Source: Myxococcota bacterium
GTDB lineage: Bacteria; Myxococcota_A; UBA9160; UBA6930
Direction of reading: 5' to 3'
Assembly: GCA_965223415.1 (NCBI GenBank)
Contig: OZ245002.1
Location: forward strand, 1,216,001-1,280,000
Length of the DNA stretch: 64,000 nt
Below are positions 8,504 through 18,543 of the stretch, one piece after another (the stretch's first letter is position 1; every line of letters starts with the position of its first letter). A model generated the notes under the pieces. It was given only the letters and a program-made list of their open reading frames with translations, was not told the DNA's origin and did no database searches. A program made the position numbers and the translations under genes.

Positions 8504-9310
8504 ATGGCGACCGAACCTGCTTTCCCAACCGAATGCCCATCTATCGAAGCGCTTGTGCAGCGCGTGGTGAACCTTGCTGGCCACGGGTACTTCTACTTCT
8601 GTAATGGTGAGCTCGGAAAGGGAGACAACCGGAGTGAGCTCGACCGAAAGATGGTCGAGAAGTACTGCCTCCTCAAGCACGGCTGCCGCGCTCTCTCGAA
8701 ACCGAGGCGCTCTCGTCGCCGGAAAAATGGCCTCGCAAATGTCGACTACTTTCGCTTCCGGTACGGCTTTGTTCTGATGGCCACCGAAGGCCTGGTCGCC
8801 ATGGGAGTCGACGACCCGGACACCTTCCGAGACATTCGAGAGAGCCCGCTTCGCTTTGGCGACTACCAGGTAGCGGTGACGAACGTCGGGTTCTCAGAGG
8901 GGGGGGCACTCTCTGCGAAGGTCTGGACAGAACTCACGGACGTGGCGCTTCAGGCCCTTCGCCGCGAGTTCATGGCCCGAGCAGGCGACAGGCGAGCGGG
9001 TTGGCTTGAGAGCGAGTTCTACTCGGTTCAGTACAACTGCTACCGAGGAATTCGCGTTCAGCTTCGTTCAATTCTGGACGAGGTGAACCGCTATCGCAGG
9101 GTGAGGGGACTAGGAACACTCTCCCCTGGCTGCATCAAGTTCACACGGGAACTCCCGAAGCACTTCTCCGATGAACGGTTTAGTGCGTCGGATGCAAATG
9201 TGGTGCCTACTCAGACTCTCGCTGCTCCCAAACCGGCGGAAGCTCGACGCCAAGAACCAACCTGTAGAGCGAGAGCGTGGCGAGGTGAATCTCTACCGCA
9301 GCGCGCCTGA
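8504..9310 (+). CDS. Basic hypothetical protein of a plasmid/ICE-type family
   Basis: GYFYF...ELDRKMVEKY...RRRKNGLANVDYFR...VLMATEG...YRGIRVQLRSILDEVNRYR; resembles, from recollection, uncharacterised mobile-element proteins. Confidence 0.7.
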   Translation: MATEPAFPTECPSIEALVQRVVNLAGHGYFYFCNGELGKGDNRSELDRKMVEKYCLLKHGCRALSKPRRSRRRKNGLANVDYFRFRYGFVLMATEGLVAMGVDDPDTFRDIRESPLRFGDYQVAVTNVGFSEGGALSAKVWTELTDVALQALRREFMARAGDRRAGWLESEFYSVQYNCYRGIRVQLRSILDEVNRYRRVRGLGTLSPGCIKFTRELPKHFSDERFSASDANVVPTQTLAAPKPAEARRQEPTCRARAWRGESLPQRA

Positions 9311-9734
9311 CATCCGTTGAACTGAGGGCCTCAACCGAGGTCTTGAGCTTCCCGCGAGCTGAACCCGTGGCAATCAGGTGGTGTCCCGATCCGTCTGGGG
9401 CGATTCCGTCGTGCATGAAGCGATTCCTCTTTCGCTGGGCAACGCGGAGCTTCGAGAGCACTTCCTCATGCCCAAGAAGACGCGGGTCGTGCGGTCCGAG
9501 TTGCTCACATAGCGAACCAAGCGCATCGAGCTTCTGAGGGAAGCTCATGTGGTTGAAGAGGATGAAGGGAGTTGGGTCGTGCACCTCGTCGAAGCCAGCG
9601 AGCTTCCCGAGACAGAGGTTCATGAGCGAATCGAGCGTCGTCCAGAGAGACGCTACACGCCCAAGTTCCTCTAGGAAGTCGGCGGGTAGGGGCCATCCAG
9701 AGAGGTCGAGTGAGTCGAGCTCTGCGTTCTTCAT
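9207..9734 (-). CDS. HEPN-like protein
   Basis: All-helical 175 aa with RxxxxH motif RNRFMH; divergent from Gabija. Confidence 0.55.
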   Translation of the reverse strand: MKNAELDSLDLSGWPLPADFLEELGRVASLWTTLDSLMNLCLGKLAGFDEVHDPTPFILFNHMSFPQKLDALGSLCEQLGPHDPRLLGHEEVLSKLRVAQRKRNRFMHDGIAPDGSGHHLIATGSARGKLKTSVEALSSTDVRRAAVEIHLATLSLYRLVLGVELPPVWEQRESE

Positions 9735-9901
9735 ACCACTCCCTATTGCGCCCTTGTATTGGCATCGAACAACGCGATTCTGCCCCAACGCGAGATGCGC
9801 CGTCTCGTCAAGTTTGCCCCACCCAAACGGGTGGAGGGAGAGCGATAGCGCCCGCTTGTGGCTCAACGGCTATCGTCGAGGACTTGAACCGGAGGTCCGT
9901 T

Positions 9902-11668
9902 GTGTATATCTCCAGGTTAGTTGTCCGCAATCTTCGAAACTTTGAACGGTGTGACGTTGAGCTCCGCGATGGGGCGACTTGTGTCGTGGGCGAGAACAAC
10001 AGCGGAAAGTCCAACCTTCTCTATGCGATTCGGCTGGTTCTTGACCAGTCACTTCCGAACTACACCAGGGTCCTCACGGAGGACGACGTCCACTCAGGTT
10101 GCGATATCTCGCACCCTTCCGACGTATTGGTGTCTGTGGAGTTCCGGAACTGGGCTGATTCGGTGAAGGCTTCTGCGCTCGTTGGTGAGTGGGAAGTTGA
10201 GCCTGACCGAGCGCGGCTTACCTACCGGTTCCGCCCCCGGAAAGCTGTCCGAGATGACCTTGATGCGGGGGAGAGGCGGCCCGGGAGCCTGTCTATTGGT
10301 GACTACGGGTGGGAGCTCCGCGGCGGTGGCGCGGTGGACCCAGTGGAGCTCACTTGGGATGTCGACACCGGGACCAGCCCCCGGCCAGGGCATCTCCAGG
10401 CGTTCCAGGTCTCTTTCCTTCACCCACTCAGAGACGTGGAGAGAGACCTTAGGGCCGTCCGGACGTCCCCGCTGAATCGGATTCTGGAGGTTGTGGGGAT
10501 TCCAGATGCGGAGAAGGAGAAGCTTGTCGCACTACTCGCCAAGGCCAACGAGGAGATCGCAGCCTCTAAGACCGTTACGGAGGTAGGCAAGGACATCTCG
10601 AGCTCCTTCGGGGAAACCTCGGGGCCCGCCTCCAAGCTGGACTTGAAGCTGGGAGTCGCAGCACCGTCCTTCTCTACGGTGACCCGTGCCCTGCGGGTGT
10701 TGTTGTCGGATTCGGCCCTCTCAGACTTCGACACCTCGAGAAACGGGCTTGGGCTCAACAACGTGCTCTACATCAGCATGCTGCTTCAGGACTTCGAGGC
10801 TCGAGCGAAGACCGATGGAGTGGCCGGACAGCTGCTCTTGGTTGAGGAGCCCGAAGCTCATCTTCATCCGCAACTCCAGCGGACTCTGTACGACGTACTC
10901 GCGGAGAAGGACTTCCAGTCGATTCTCACGACGCACAGCACTCACGTCACCTCGAAGGCCAAGCTCAACTCGGTAGTGACGCTTGCTCGAACGGGCGGAC
11001 CAGCTGTGTCTGTGGCTCAACCGGGCCGCGTCGCCGGAGTAGCGGCGAAGGAAGTCGCGGACCTAGAGCGCTATCTCGACGCTACCCGCTCAACGCTGCT
11101 GTACGCGCGAGCGGTGATGCTCGTAGAGGGCCCTGCGGAACTGTTCCTCATCCCAGAGCTCGCTCTTTCCGTGATGGGGAAAGACCTCGACCGGGAGGGT
11201 ATTTCAGTCATCCCCATCTATGGGACCCACTTCGCGGCGTACGCACCCCTCTTCCGTGATGGGTCCATGAAGAAGCGCTGCGCGATTGTCGGAGACAAAG
11301 ACCTGAAGCCGTCTGACGCCGAGGATGCTCCTGACCCCGCGCGCGTAACCGAGCTTCTGGCACTTCAAAGCGACACCGTGAAGGTATTCTTGGGCGATAC
11401 CACCTTTGAACGCGAGCTCGCGGTTTCCGGCATGGTAGGGCCGCTGCTCGCTGCCGCGAAGGAGTTCAACGCAACGTCACTGATTGCAGAGGCGGAGGAA
11501 TCACAGCAGGCGGGTGAACCGACCGACGAGCTGGCCGAGCGAATCCTCGCAACGGCGCGACGCGTCGGGAAAGCCCGGTTCGCACAGGCGCTCTCGAAGC
11601 ACGTCGGCGATGCCACGGCGATGCCCGAGTACGTCAAGCAAGCGGTGGACTTCCTGGTGGCAGAGTAG
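9902..11668 (+). CDS. gajA: OLD-family ATP-dependent nuclease (Gabija GajA-like)
   Basis: GENNSGKS Walker A, VEEPEAHLHP, TTHS, TOPRIM VEGPAE and DKD; GGAGG RBS before GTG. Confidence 0.88.
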   Translation: MYISRLVVRNLRNFERCDVELRDGATCVVGENNSGKSNLLYAIRLVLDQSLPNYTRVLTEDDVHSGCDISHPSDVLVSVEFRNWADSVKASALVGEWEVEPDRARLTYRFRPRKAVRDDLDAGERRPGSLSIGDYGWELRGGGAVDPVELTWDVDTGTSPRPGHLQAFQVSFLHPLRDVERDLRAVRTSPLNRILEVVGIPDAEKEKLVALLAKANEEIAASKTVTEVGKDISSSFGETSGPASKLDLKLGVAAPSFSTVTRALRVLLSDSALSDFDTSRNGLGLNNVLYISMLLQDFEARAKTDGVAGQLLLVEEPEAHLHPQLQRTLYDVLAEKDFQSILTTHSTHVTSKAKLNSVVTLARTGGPAVSVAQPGRVAGVAAKEVADLERYLDATRSTLLYARAVMLVEGPAELFLIPELALSVMGKDLDREGISVIPIYGTHFAAYAPLFRDGSMKKRCAIVGDKDLKPSDAEDAPDPARVTELLALQSDTVKVFLGDTTFERELAVSGMVGPLLAAAKEFNATSLIAEAEESQQAGEPTDELAERILATARRVGKARFAQALSKHVGDATAMPEYVKQAVDFLVAE

Positions 11669-13426
11669 GTGAAACTCACCAACGACCAGCGAGATGCGAC
11701 CCGGATTCCGGGCGACGTCTTGCTCGAGGCCTGCCCCGGAAGCGGCAAGACGACCACCCTCATCGCGAAGCTCCTGCGATGTGCCGACGATGTCCGCGAC
11801 TCGGTACGGCGTGTCGGGTGCATCACCTACACAAACGCAGCAGTTCATGAAATTGAGCACCGTCTTCGACTCTACGCCATCGCGGATGACGAAGAGCGAT
11901 TCGACATCGCGACGATTCACTCATTCTGTCTACGCAACATCCTTGGGCCGTTCCATTGGATGCTCCCCGAGTACCGAGACGGCTTCGAGGTTGCGGCGCC
12001 CGACAGCGAGGCGTTTCAAAGCCGGGCCGATACGGTGGCGGATGACTTCTTGCTCAACCACCGCTCAGCTCGCGAGAGCTTCGAAGTCGCTAACCGACTT
12101 CCGGATGGCTCCCCGGTTGTGCGCCCTCCCACGCCACCCGAAGCGGTGCTTCAGTTCTGGGACTCTCTGTCTAGCGACGGCCTTATCGACTTCACCAACA
12201 TCGTGTTTCGTTCGTTCGAGCTCCTCACTCAGCACCCAAGCCTCCTCTCCAGCATCCAGGCGAAGTACGCCTGGGTTCTCCTAGACGAGTTCCAGGACAC
12301 GACAGCACTTCAGGTCGAGCTCTTGAAGCTCATCGCAGATGGCGAAAGGACGAGGTTCTTCCTCGTAGGGGACACACGCCAGTCCATCTTCGGCTTCGCT
12401 GGTAGCGACCCTTCGCTCATGTCCGAGTTCGGCAACCACGTTGGCGCCACCCAGGGCCCGCCGCTGGTCGAGAACTTTCGGTCGAGCTGGAAGGTCGTAG
12501 AGCACGCCGAGAGACTCCTCGAAGGCTCCGCGCCGATGGAAGCGAAGGGCGAATGGGCGGATTACGGCGCAGAGCCCAAGCTAGTCGAGTGTGAGAATCC
12601 CTTTGTCTCCATCACGGACCACTTTCTTCCCGCGCTTGCCGACCATGGAATCGGGTACGGCGATGCGGCGGTTCTTGCCGCCCAGTGGTTCAGCCTCTAT
12701 CCGCTTGCGGGCCGACTGCGGGAGTTCGGAGTACCCGTGGTAGGGCCCGGTGCGCGACCGTATCGACGTTTGCACTTCTACGCGTCACTGGCGGAGCAGC
12801 TTTGTGCTCAAGCTGAGAACCCTCGACCGGACCGCATTAGGCAGGTGGAACGCGAGGTCTTCTTCCTGCTGAACGACCTCACGGGCGATGCACTAAACAG
12901 CGTTTACTCCTTCCGCGGCCGCATGGTGATTGAGCGGCTCATCCGCCTCGCGCATGAGAAGCGAGAACAACACGACGGGGCACTGGCCTGGTTGCGGGAG
13001 TCAGCGGAGGAAGTCGGTGCGGTACTCCAGCATGAAGGATGGCTCGGGTCGGCGGACGTGACTCGCTTGGTGGAGTCTGTGGACGGCATGGTGGCCGACA
13101 TGGAGAAGAACGACGTCGACGTCGAGAATCTCCTTGTGTCGGACCTGGGGATGTTCGCGGACCCAGCGGAGAGCCTGAAGCTCCTGACTCTCCATCGGGC
13201 CAAGGGGAGAGAGTTCGACGCCGTTGCGATAATCGACGTGCACGATGGGATGATTCCACACTCGTCGGCCAAGACTGAGGAGGCGGTCGACGAAGGCAGG
13301 CGCTTGTTCTACGTGGGTATTACGCGAGCGAAGAGGCTTCTCTTCTACTTCACAAGCAGCGAGAACTGGCGACCACTGAGCAGGTTCTTGGGCCCGGGAG
13401 AGCTCGAGTTGCTGGACGCCCCTTAG
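11669..13426 (+). CDS. gajB: UvrD-like SF1 helicase (Gabija GajB-like)
   Basis: ACPGSGKT, LDEFQD, VGDTRQSIFGF, ENFRS, TLHRAKGREF, YVGITRA; abuts the OLD gene. Confidence 0.88.
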   Translation: MKLTNDQRDATRIPGDVLLEACPGSGKTTTLIAKLLRCADDVRDSVRRVGCITYTNAAVHEIEHRLRLYAIADDEERFDIATIHSFCLRNILGPFHWMLPEYRDGFEVAAPDSEAFQSRADTVADDFLLNHRSARESFEVANRLPDGSPVVRPPTPPEAVLQFWDSLSSDGLIDFTNIVFRSFELLTQHPSLLSSIQAKYAWVLLDEFQDTTALQVELLKLIADGERTRFFLVGDTRQSIFGFAGSDPSLMSEFGNHVGATQGPPLVENFRSSWKVVEHAERLLEGSAPMEAKGEWADYGAEPKLVECENPFVSITDHFLPALADHGIGYGDAAVLAAQWFSLYPLAGRLREFGVPVVGPGARPYRRLHFYASLAEQLCAQAENPRPDRIRQVEREVFFLLNDLTGDALNSVYSFRGRMVIERLIRLAHEKREQHDGALAWLRESAEEVGAVLQHEGWLGSADVTRLVESVDGMVADMEKNDVDVENLLVSDLGMFADPAESLKLLTLHRAKGREFDAVAIIDVHDGMIPHSSAKTEEAVDEGRRLFYVGITRAKRLLFYFTSSENWRPLSRFLGPGELELLDAP

Positions 13427-13601
13427 CACTGCCCACTCGTAGCTCCCGATGCTCTAGACTCAGGCGGGTGGTTGCCCGGGGCCACCCCCCTCGCGTCTCT
13501 GGCAGGGGAGCGGGGGGAATGAGCCCGGGCAGCATCCAACCGGTGGCTTCGGCAGATGCCCCACTTGAGACGCCCCGGGGTCTAGGCCCCGGGGCGCTGC
13601 A

Positions 13602-14096
13602 CTATCTGGAGAAATCAAACGGCTCGTCGTCGTCTAGCTCGTCCTTCTCCCACTTCTGGAGGGGTGCGGCCTCCTTCAACGCCTCGAGGAAGCCCGCCAA
13701 GTCAACGCTGAGGCCTGCCTTTGTCCTTCTGACGGAGACCCACCCCTTTCTATCGAGCTCGCGAAGTCGCTTCTCGAATCGTTCAACGGAGAGCCCAGCC
13801 AGGAACGCGAGATACTCAGTGCTCGGTGGCCGGCTGACCCGCGGCCGGCGGTAGTCGACGATGGCAAGGAGCACGGCAAGTTGCTCCGCTTCAGGCCGCC
13901 CACCGAATAGCCCTGAGAGACCTCGGAGAAGCCTCTTCGGGAACGGGACAAACCCCTCGACAAGGACCTTCCCTGGCCATTTCTCGAGCAACACGGGCGT
14001 GAGGCTGCTCGCCGCCACCCGCTGACGTTCGAACTCGTCCTCGGCAAACGGGTCGTCTGCCTCAGGGTCAAGGCTGTCTCTCGGGTCCTTGCTCAT
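13602..14096 (-). CDS. Winged-HTH protein (DnaD/HTH_36-like)
   Basis: GFVPFPKRLL...PSTEYLAFLAGLSVERFEKRLRELDRKGWV. Confidence 0.65.
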   Translation of the reverse strand: MSKDPRDSLDPEADDPFAEDEFERQRVAASSLTPVLLEKWPGKVLVEGFVPFPKRLLRGLSGLFGGRPEAEQLAVLLAIVDYRRPRVSRPPSTEYLAFLAGLSVERFEKRLRELDRKGWVSVRRTKAGLSVDLAGFLEALKEAAPLQKWEKDELDDDEPFDFSR

Positions 14097-14368
14097 TCGA
14101 ACTCGCCTCGTAGTTCTAAGGCTAATTAGTAGCTAAGACCTGCGTTCGTCGCCAAGAGCCGGCCAAGGCGCTCGTGCTCCCAGGACGCCGGCTACCGGGC
14201 GGGGGAGAATAAGTTTCAACAAAAACGATGACTTAGCCCCGGGCCTGCGGTCCAAGCCGAGCTTCCAATCAGGTCGAGGGCGGAATGAGCCTCGCTTGAG
14301 CCGACGCCTCCGACTCGCTTGCCCCGCGATTAACCGTGCTTAGACATTGCTCTATGGGGTGAGAGCGC

Positions 14369-17300
14369 ATGGCCGAAGGCCTGAGGACCATCAGAACGCC
14401 TGAGCTTTCGTGGCGCCGCCGCCACGACGTGGGGGAGTTCTGGCACGTCGTCGAACCGGCACGAGAGCGGCCAATCACGAAGAGCGACACCACGCTCGTC
14501 TCGGCCAAGGTCGAACAGCCCCTGCTGACCCTCGATGGCGATGAGGCCTTCGTCGTCACGGACCGGCGAAGGTGCCCGCACCCCAAAGGCGCCCGCGGTG
14601 TCTTGCGCAATGGACCCGAGGGCGAGCTTGAGTGGCTCTCTCACAAGCTCATCCCATCGACTGACCCGCCGCCTGCGCAGTGGAAAGAGCGCCGCGCCCA
14701 GGCGACAAAGTCCTGGGAAGCTGGAATTCGCTATGTCGCCGAAGACCCGGAAGACCCCATATCGAAGGGGTTTCGGCCACCGCAGCTCGGCGCACTCCAT
14801 GGACTTGGTTCGCACTGGAGTTCCACCTTTTCCGCGGCCACGGTTGTCATGCCGACCGGCACTGGAAAGACCGAAGCAGCGCTTGCTCTTCTCATCGCTC
14901 AGGCCCGAGGGACACTTCTCGTGGTGGTCCCCAACCGCGCGCTTCGAGACCAGACTGTTCGAAAGTTTAAGACGCTCGGGCTTCTCCGTGAGCTCGAGGT
15001 GGTCGACCCACACGTGTTGAACCCAGTGGTGGGTGTCCTCACCAAGCGCCCGCGAACTACCGGGGACCTCGACATCTTCGAGGACTCGAACGTGGTCGTC
15101 GCAACGATGGACGCCATCGGCTACGGCACCGCCCTCCCGCTCGCCTCGGAGATTGCGGCCAGAGTGGACATGCTCGTGGTCGATGAGGCGCACCACATTC
15201 CGGCCAAGGGCTGGCAGACGTTTCGAGACGCCTTCGCCGACAAGGTCCGGGTGGTTCAGTTCACGGCGACCCCGTTTCGACGGGACCAGAAGCTCGTCGA
15301 AGGCGAAGTGGCCTACGAGTACACGCTTCGCCAAGCCCAGAAGGCCGGCTACTTCAAGCCTATCCACTTCGACCCGGTGTTCGAAGTCGACTCAGATGAT
15401 GGCGACAAGGCCATCGCGGAGAAAGCGGTCGCGAAGCTCGAGGCGGATATCGCTGGCGGGCTTGACCACCTGCTGATGGCGCGGTGCAAGAGCATCGAGC
15501 GGGCGCGAGGCCTACACGCCCTCTACGAGCGTATCGCCGCCAAGCACTCTCCCATCCTCGTTCACTCGCAAGAGGCCGACTCGGCGAAGCGGATTCAGCA
15601 GCTCTTCTCGCGCGATAGCCGAATCGTGGTTTGCGTAGACATGCTGGGTGAGGGGTTTGACCTCCCGGAGCTAAAGGTTGCCGCCGTCCACGACATGCAC
15701 CAGAGCCTCCCTGTGCTGCTCCAGTTCGCTGGTCGATTCGTTCGGACCGCAGGAGACACCGTTGGCGACGCGACGGTCATCGCGAACATCGCCGATGTCG
15801 AAGTCTCCGACGCACTCGAGCAGCTCTACGGCGACGACGCGGACTGGAACCACCTTCTCTCCGAGCTCAGCTCGCAGGCGGCCAGAGAACACAAAGCACT
15901 CGTGGACTTCCTCAACGAGTCCGAGGCCATCCACGAAGAGAGCGAGGTTCCCCTCCAGTCGCTCTCGAGCAGTTTGCTTCGCCCGAAGCTCAGCGCCGTC
16001 GCCTACCGGGCGACTAGCTTCTACCCCCGGCGCTTCATCGACGCCGTGGCGAAGGGCACGGAGGTGCACTCCGTCTGGCTCCACTCGGACTCGAACACGC
16101 TCTACTTCGTGACGCGAACCGAGCCGGCCGTACCGTGGACGCGCTCCAAGGAGGTGCGCGACCGGCAGTGGGACCTCTTCGTGGTCCACCACGAGCCCGA
16201 GCTTGGGCTTCTCTTCATCAACTCGAGCGACAAGAACTCGCTCCACAAGGAACTCGCCGCCGCCGTCTCAGACGATGAGCCGACGCTCATCAACGGGGAC
16301 GCCGTCTTTAGGTCGCTCTCGAACGTGAAGCGGCTTCGGATTCCGAACCTTGGGGTGAGCCGACACGCTCGGCGAAACCTCCGCCACGCCCAGTACATGG
16401 GTGCAGACGTGAAGCAAGGCCTCGACAACGCACAGCTCGTGGGCGCAACGAAGTCCAACTTGAGCGCCACGGGGTTTGAAGAGGGGCGGCCCGTGAACCT
16501 CGGATGCTCCTACAAGGGGCGCGTGTGGTCGGTGAAGAACGGCGTCATCCCCGAGCTACTCGACTGGTGCGGCCACGTCGGCCGAAAGCTCGTCGATGAG
16601 AGCATCAACACGAACGAAATCATCGACAACGTGATGATTCCCGAGGAGGTCGCGGAGCTTCCGGATGCGGAGGTTCTGAGCCTTGAATGGCCGCTCGAGC
16701 TCCTCAACAAGCCCGAAGAGCGCGTGACCGTCAGAACCGCCGACAACGAGACCCCGCTTGCGTTCACTGAGCTCGTGTTCGATGAGCTCCGCCGGGCTGA
16801 TAGCGTGGTCGCGTTCCACGTCGAAGGTCCCGAGGGAAGGGCTGACCTAGAACTTCGAATCGGAGTCCAGGCGGGGTTTGAGGTGCACCAGGTGGCTGGC
16901 CCTCAAGCCAACATCGCCTTCGGGCGAACCGACAAGCCTCTGGCTGACTACCTCTCGGACTACCCGCCGCTTGTTCGCTTCGTCGACCTGAGTGAGCTCG
17001 ACGGACACCTCCTCGTTCGCCCGAAGGACATCTCCGAGCTCACCTTCCCGGCGGAAAGGTTCGAGGTCTGGGACTGGACGGGCGTAAACGTCAAGACCGA
17101 GTCCATCTGGAAGTACGGAGAGAGACGCGAGAACTCGATTCAGGAGCGGGTCGCCCAACACTTCATCGAGGGCGGCTTCGACATCGTCTTCGACGATGAC
17201 GATGCTGGCGAGGCCGCGGACTTGGTCTGCATGAAGGCAGAGGAAGACCACATTCGGCTCGTGCTCGTCCACTGCAAGTTCACCAAGAGCCCCTCTGGCG

Positions 17301-17632
17301 AGCGTGTGAAGGATGTCGTGGAGGTCTGCTCCCAGGCCGTCCGGTCTGCCCACTGGCTCTGGAAGTTCCGAACGCTCTGCCGGCATCTCTCAAAGCGCGA
17401 GAAAGACAACCTCGCTGGACGCGGAACGAGGTTCCTGAAGGGCGACGCCCAAGAGCTCAACAAGCTGCTCCGGCTGAGCCGCTTCCAGGAGGTCCGCGGC
17501 GAAATCGTCGTCGCGCAGCCCGGCGTCTCCGAAGCGAGTCACACCCCCGACCAGGTCGCCGTGCTCTCCGCTGCTCACTCGTTCCTGTTGGATACGGTGG
17601 GGCGACCGCTCGACGTCATCTGCGGCGCCTAG
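14369..17632 (+). CDS. SF2 (ResIII/DEAH) helicase with C-terminal PD-(D/E)XK-like nuclease, probable defence protein
   Basis: MPTGTGKT, DEAHH, FTATP, EGFDLP, QFAGRFVR; C-terminal DDDAGEAADL...LVHCK. Confidence 0.8.
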   Translation: MAEGLRTIRTPELSWRRRHDVGEFWHVVEPARERPITKSDTTLVSAKVEQPLLTLDGDEAFVVTDRRRCPHPKGARGVLRNGPEGELEWLSHKLIPSTDPPPAQWKERRAQATKSWEAGIRYVAEDPEDPISKGFRPPQLGALHGLGSHWSSTFSAATVVMPTGTGKTEAALALLIAQARGTLLVVVPNRALRDQTVRKFKTLGLLRELEVVDPHVLNPVVGVLTKRPRTTGDLDIFEDSNVVVATMDAIGYGTALPLASEIAARVDMLVVDEAHHIPAKGWQTFRDAFADKVRVVQFTATPFRRDQKLVEGEVAYEYTLRQAQKAGYFKPIHFDPVFEVDSDDGDKAIAEKAVAKLEADIAGGLDHLLMARCKSIERARGLHALYERIAAKHSPILVHSQEADSAKRIQQLFSRDSRIVVCVDMLGEGFDLPELKVAAVHDMHQSLPVLLQFAGRFVRTAGDTVGDATVIANIADVEVSDALEQLYGDDADWNHLLSELSSQAAREHKALVDFLNESEAIHEESEVPLQSLSSSLLRPKLSAVAYRATSFYPRRFIDAVAKGTEVHSVWLHSDSNTLYFVTRTEPAVPWTRSKEVRDRQWDLFVVHHEPELGLLFINSSDKNSLHKELAAAVSDDEPTLINGDAVFRSLSNVKRLRIPNLGVSRHARRNLRHAQYMGADVKQGLDNAQLVGATKSNLSATGFEEGRPVNLGCSYKGRVWSVKNGVIPELLDWCGHVGRKLVDESINTNEIIDNVMIPEEVAELPDAEVLSLEWPLELLNKPEERVTVRTADNETPLAFTELVFDELRRADSVVAFHVEGPEGRADLELRIGVQAGFEVHQVAGPQANIAFGRTDKPLADYLSDYPPLVRFVDLSELDGHLLVRPKDISELTFPAERFEVWDWTGVNVKTESIWKYGERRENSIQERVAQHFIEGGFDIVFDDDDAGEAADLVCMKAEEDHIRLVLVHCKFTKSPSGERVKDVVEVCSQAVRSAHWLWKFRTLCRHLSKREKDNLAGRGTRFLKGDAQELNKLLRLSRFQEVRGEIVVAQPGVSEASHTPDQVAVLSAAHSFLLDTVGRPLDVICGA

Positions 17633-17677
17633 GTCCAGACGAAAAGGTGGGACCTGGCCCGGCAGGGAGGGGTATCG

Positions 17678-18180
17678 GCAGCCTCATCGAGCGACCCAGA
17701 TGGGGACTCGCTCTCGTTCGACTGGTCCGGTCCGTTTGGCTCTGCTCAAGGCGAACAGGTTGATGTCATCTCGCCACTAGGCGAACAAGAGATAGTGCTG
17801 GTGGTCACCGACTCGCACGGAGCAACCGCGTCAGACTCCCTAACAGTCACTGTGGAGGACTCAACTCCGCCGGTTCTGGGTGTGGCGGTATCGCCTGAAA
17901 TCCTATGGCCGCCGAACCACGTACTCGTAGCTGTAGAGCCGACTCTAAACGTAGTGAACTCGTGCGACCCCAACCCCGGGGCTCAGCTGATTCGTGTTGT
18001 CTCGAGTGAAGGCGAGACGACAAACACCGACGACCCAACTTCGACTCCTCTCCCGGTGTAGGACTCACAAGTGATGACGATGTCTACGACACTGCGGGTG
18101 GGCTCTGGCTACGAGCCGAACGTCTGGGAACCGGCGAAGGCCGCACATACTCGATTGAGTTCGCGGCCACCGACAAGTTC
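17678..18180 (+). pseudogene. Remnant of a secreted PKD-domain protein C-terminus
   Basis: SSDPDGDSLSFDWSG...VTDSHGAT...LWPPNH then stop/frameshift and LRAERLGTGEGRTY; no N-terminus. Confidence 0.7.
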
Positions 18181-18543
18181 GTCGGCGAGTTGTGCACAGA
18201 TTTCGCTCGACGAGTCAGAGGGTGCGAAGTAGACCTCGGAGTCTGCGGATGGTAGCCCGGCTGCCGAAGGAAGTGCGTGCGCTTCGACGCCGCGTGGTCC
18301 GCCTTGAGGCTCTCGAGAACCTGGGCCCCTTCATCGACTGGCGGCGATTGGTAGGGCTCGAGCTCTAGGAAAGGAAGCCATGCTGCAAGATGTGGCTTCC
18401 AGGATGACGCCGCCAAACAGGCTCCGTCAGAGGAACTCTACACGCCGCCTGTCGGGATACCGACGGAACACCGCTTGTGCGACGACGACTGGCCGGCGCC
18501 CGCTGATACCCCGCCAAGTCAAGAGGGGAGGGGGTTAGTTGGG

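Noticed and set aside
14369..17632. Type III restriction-modification system
   Set aside because: No methyltransferase gene nearby
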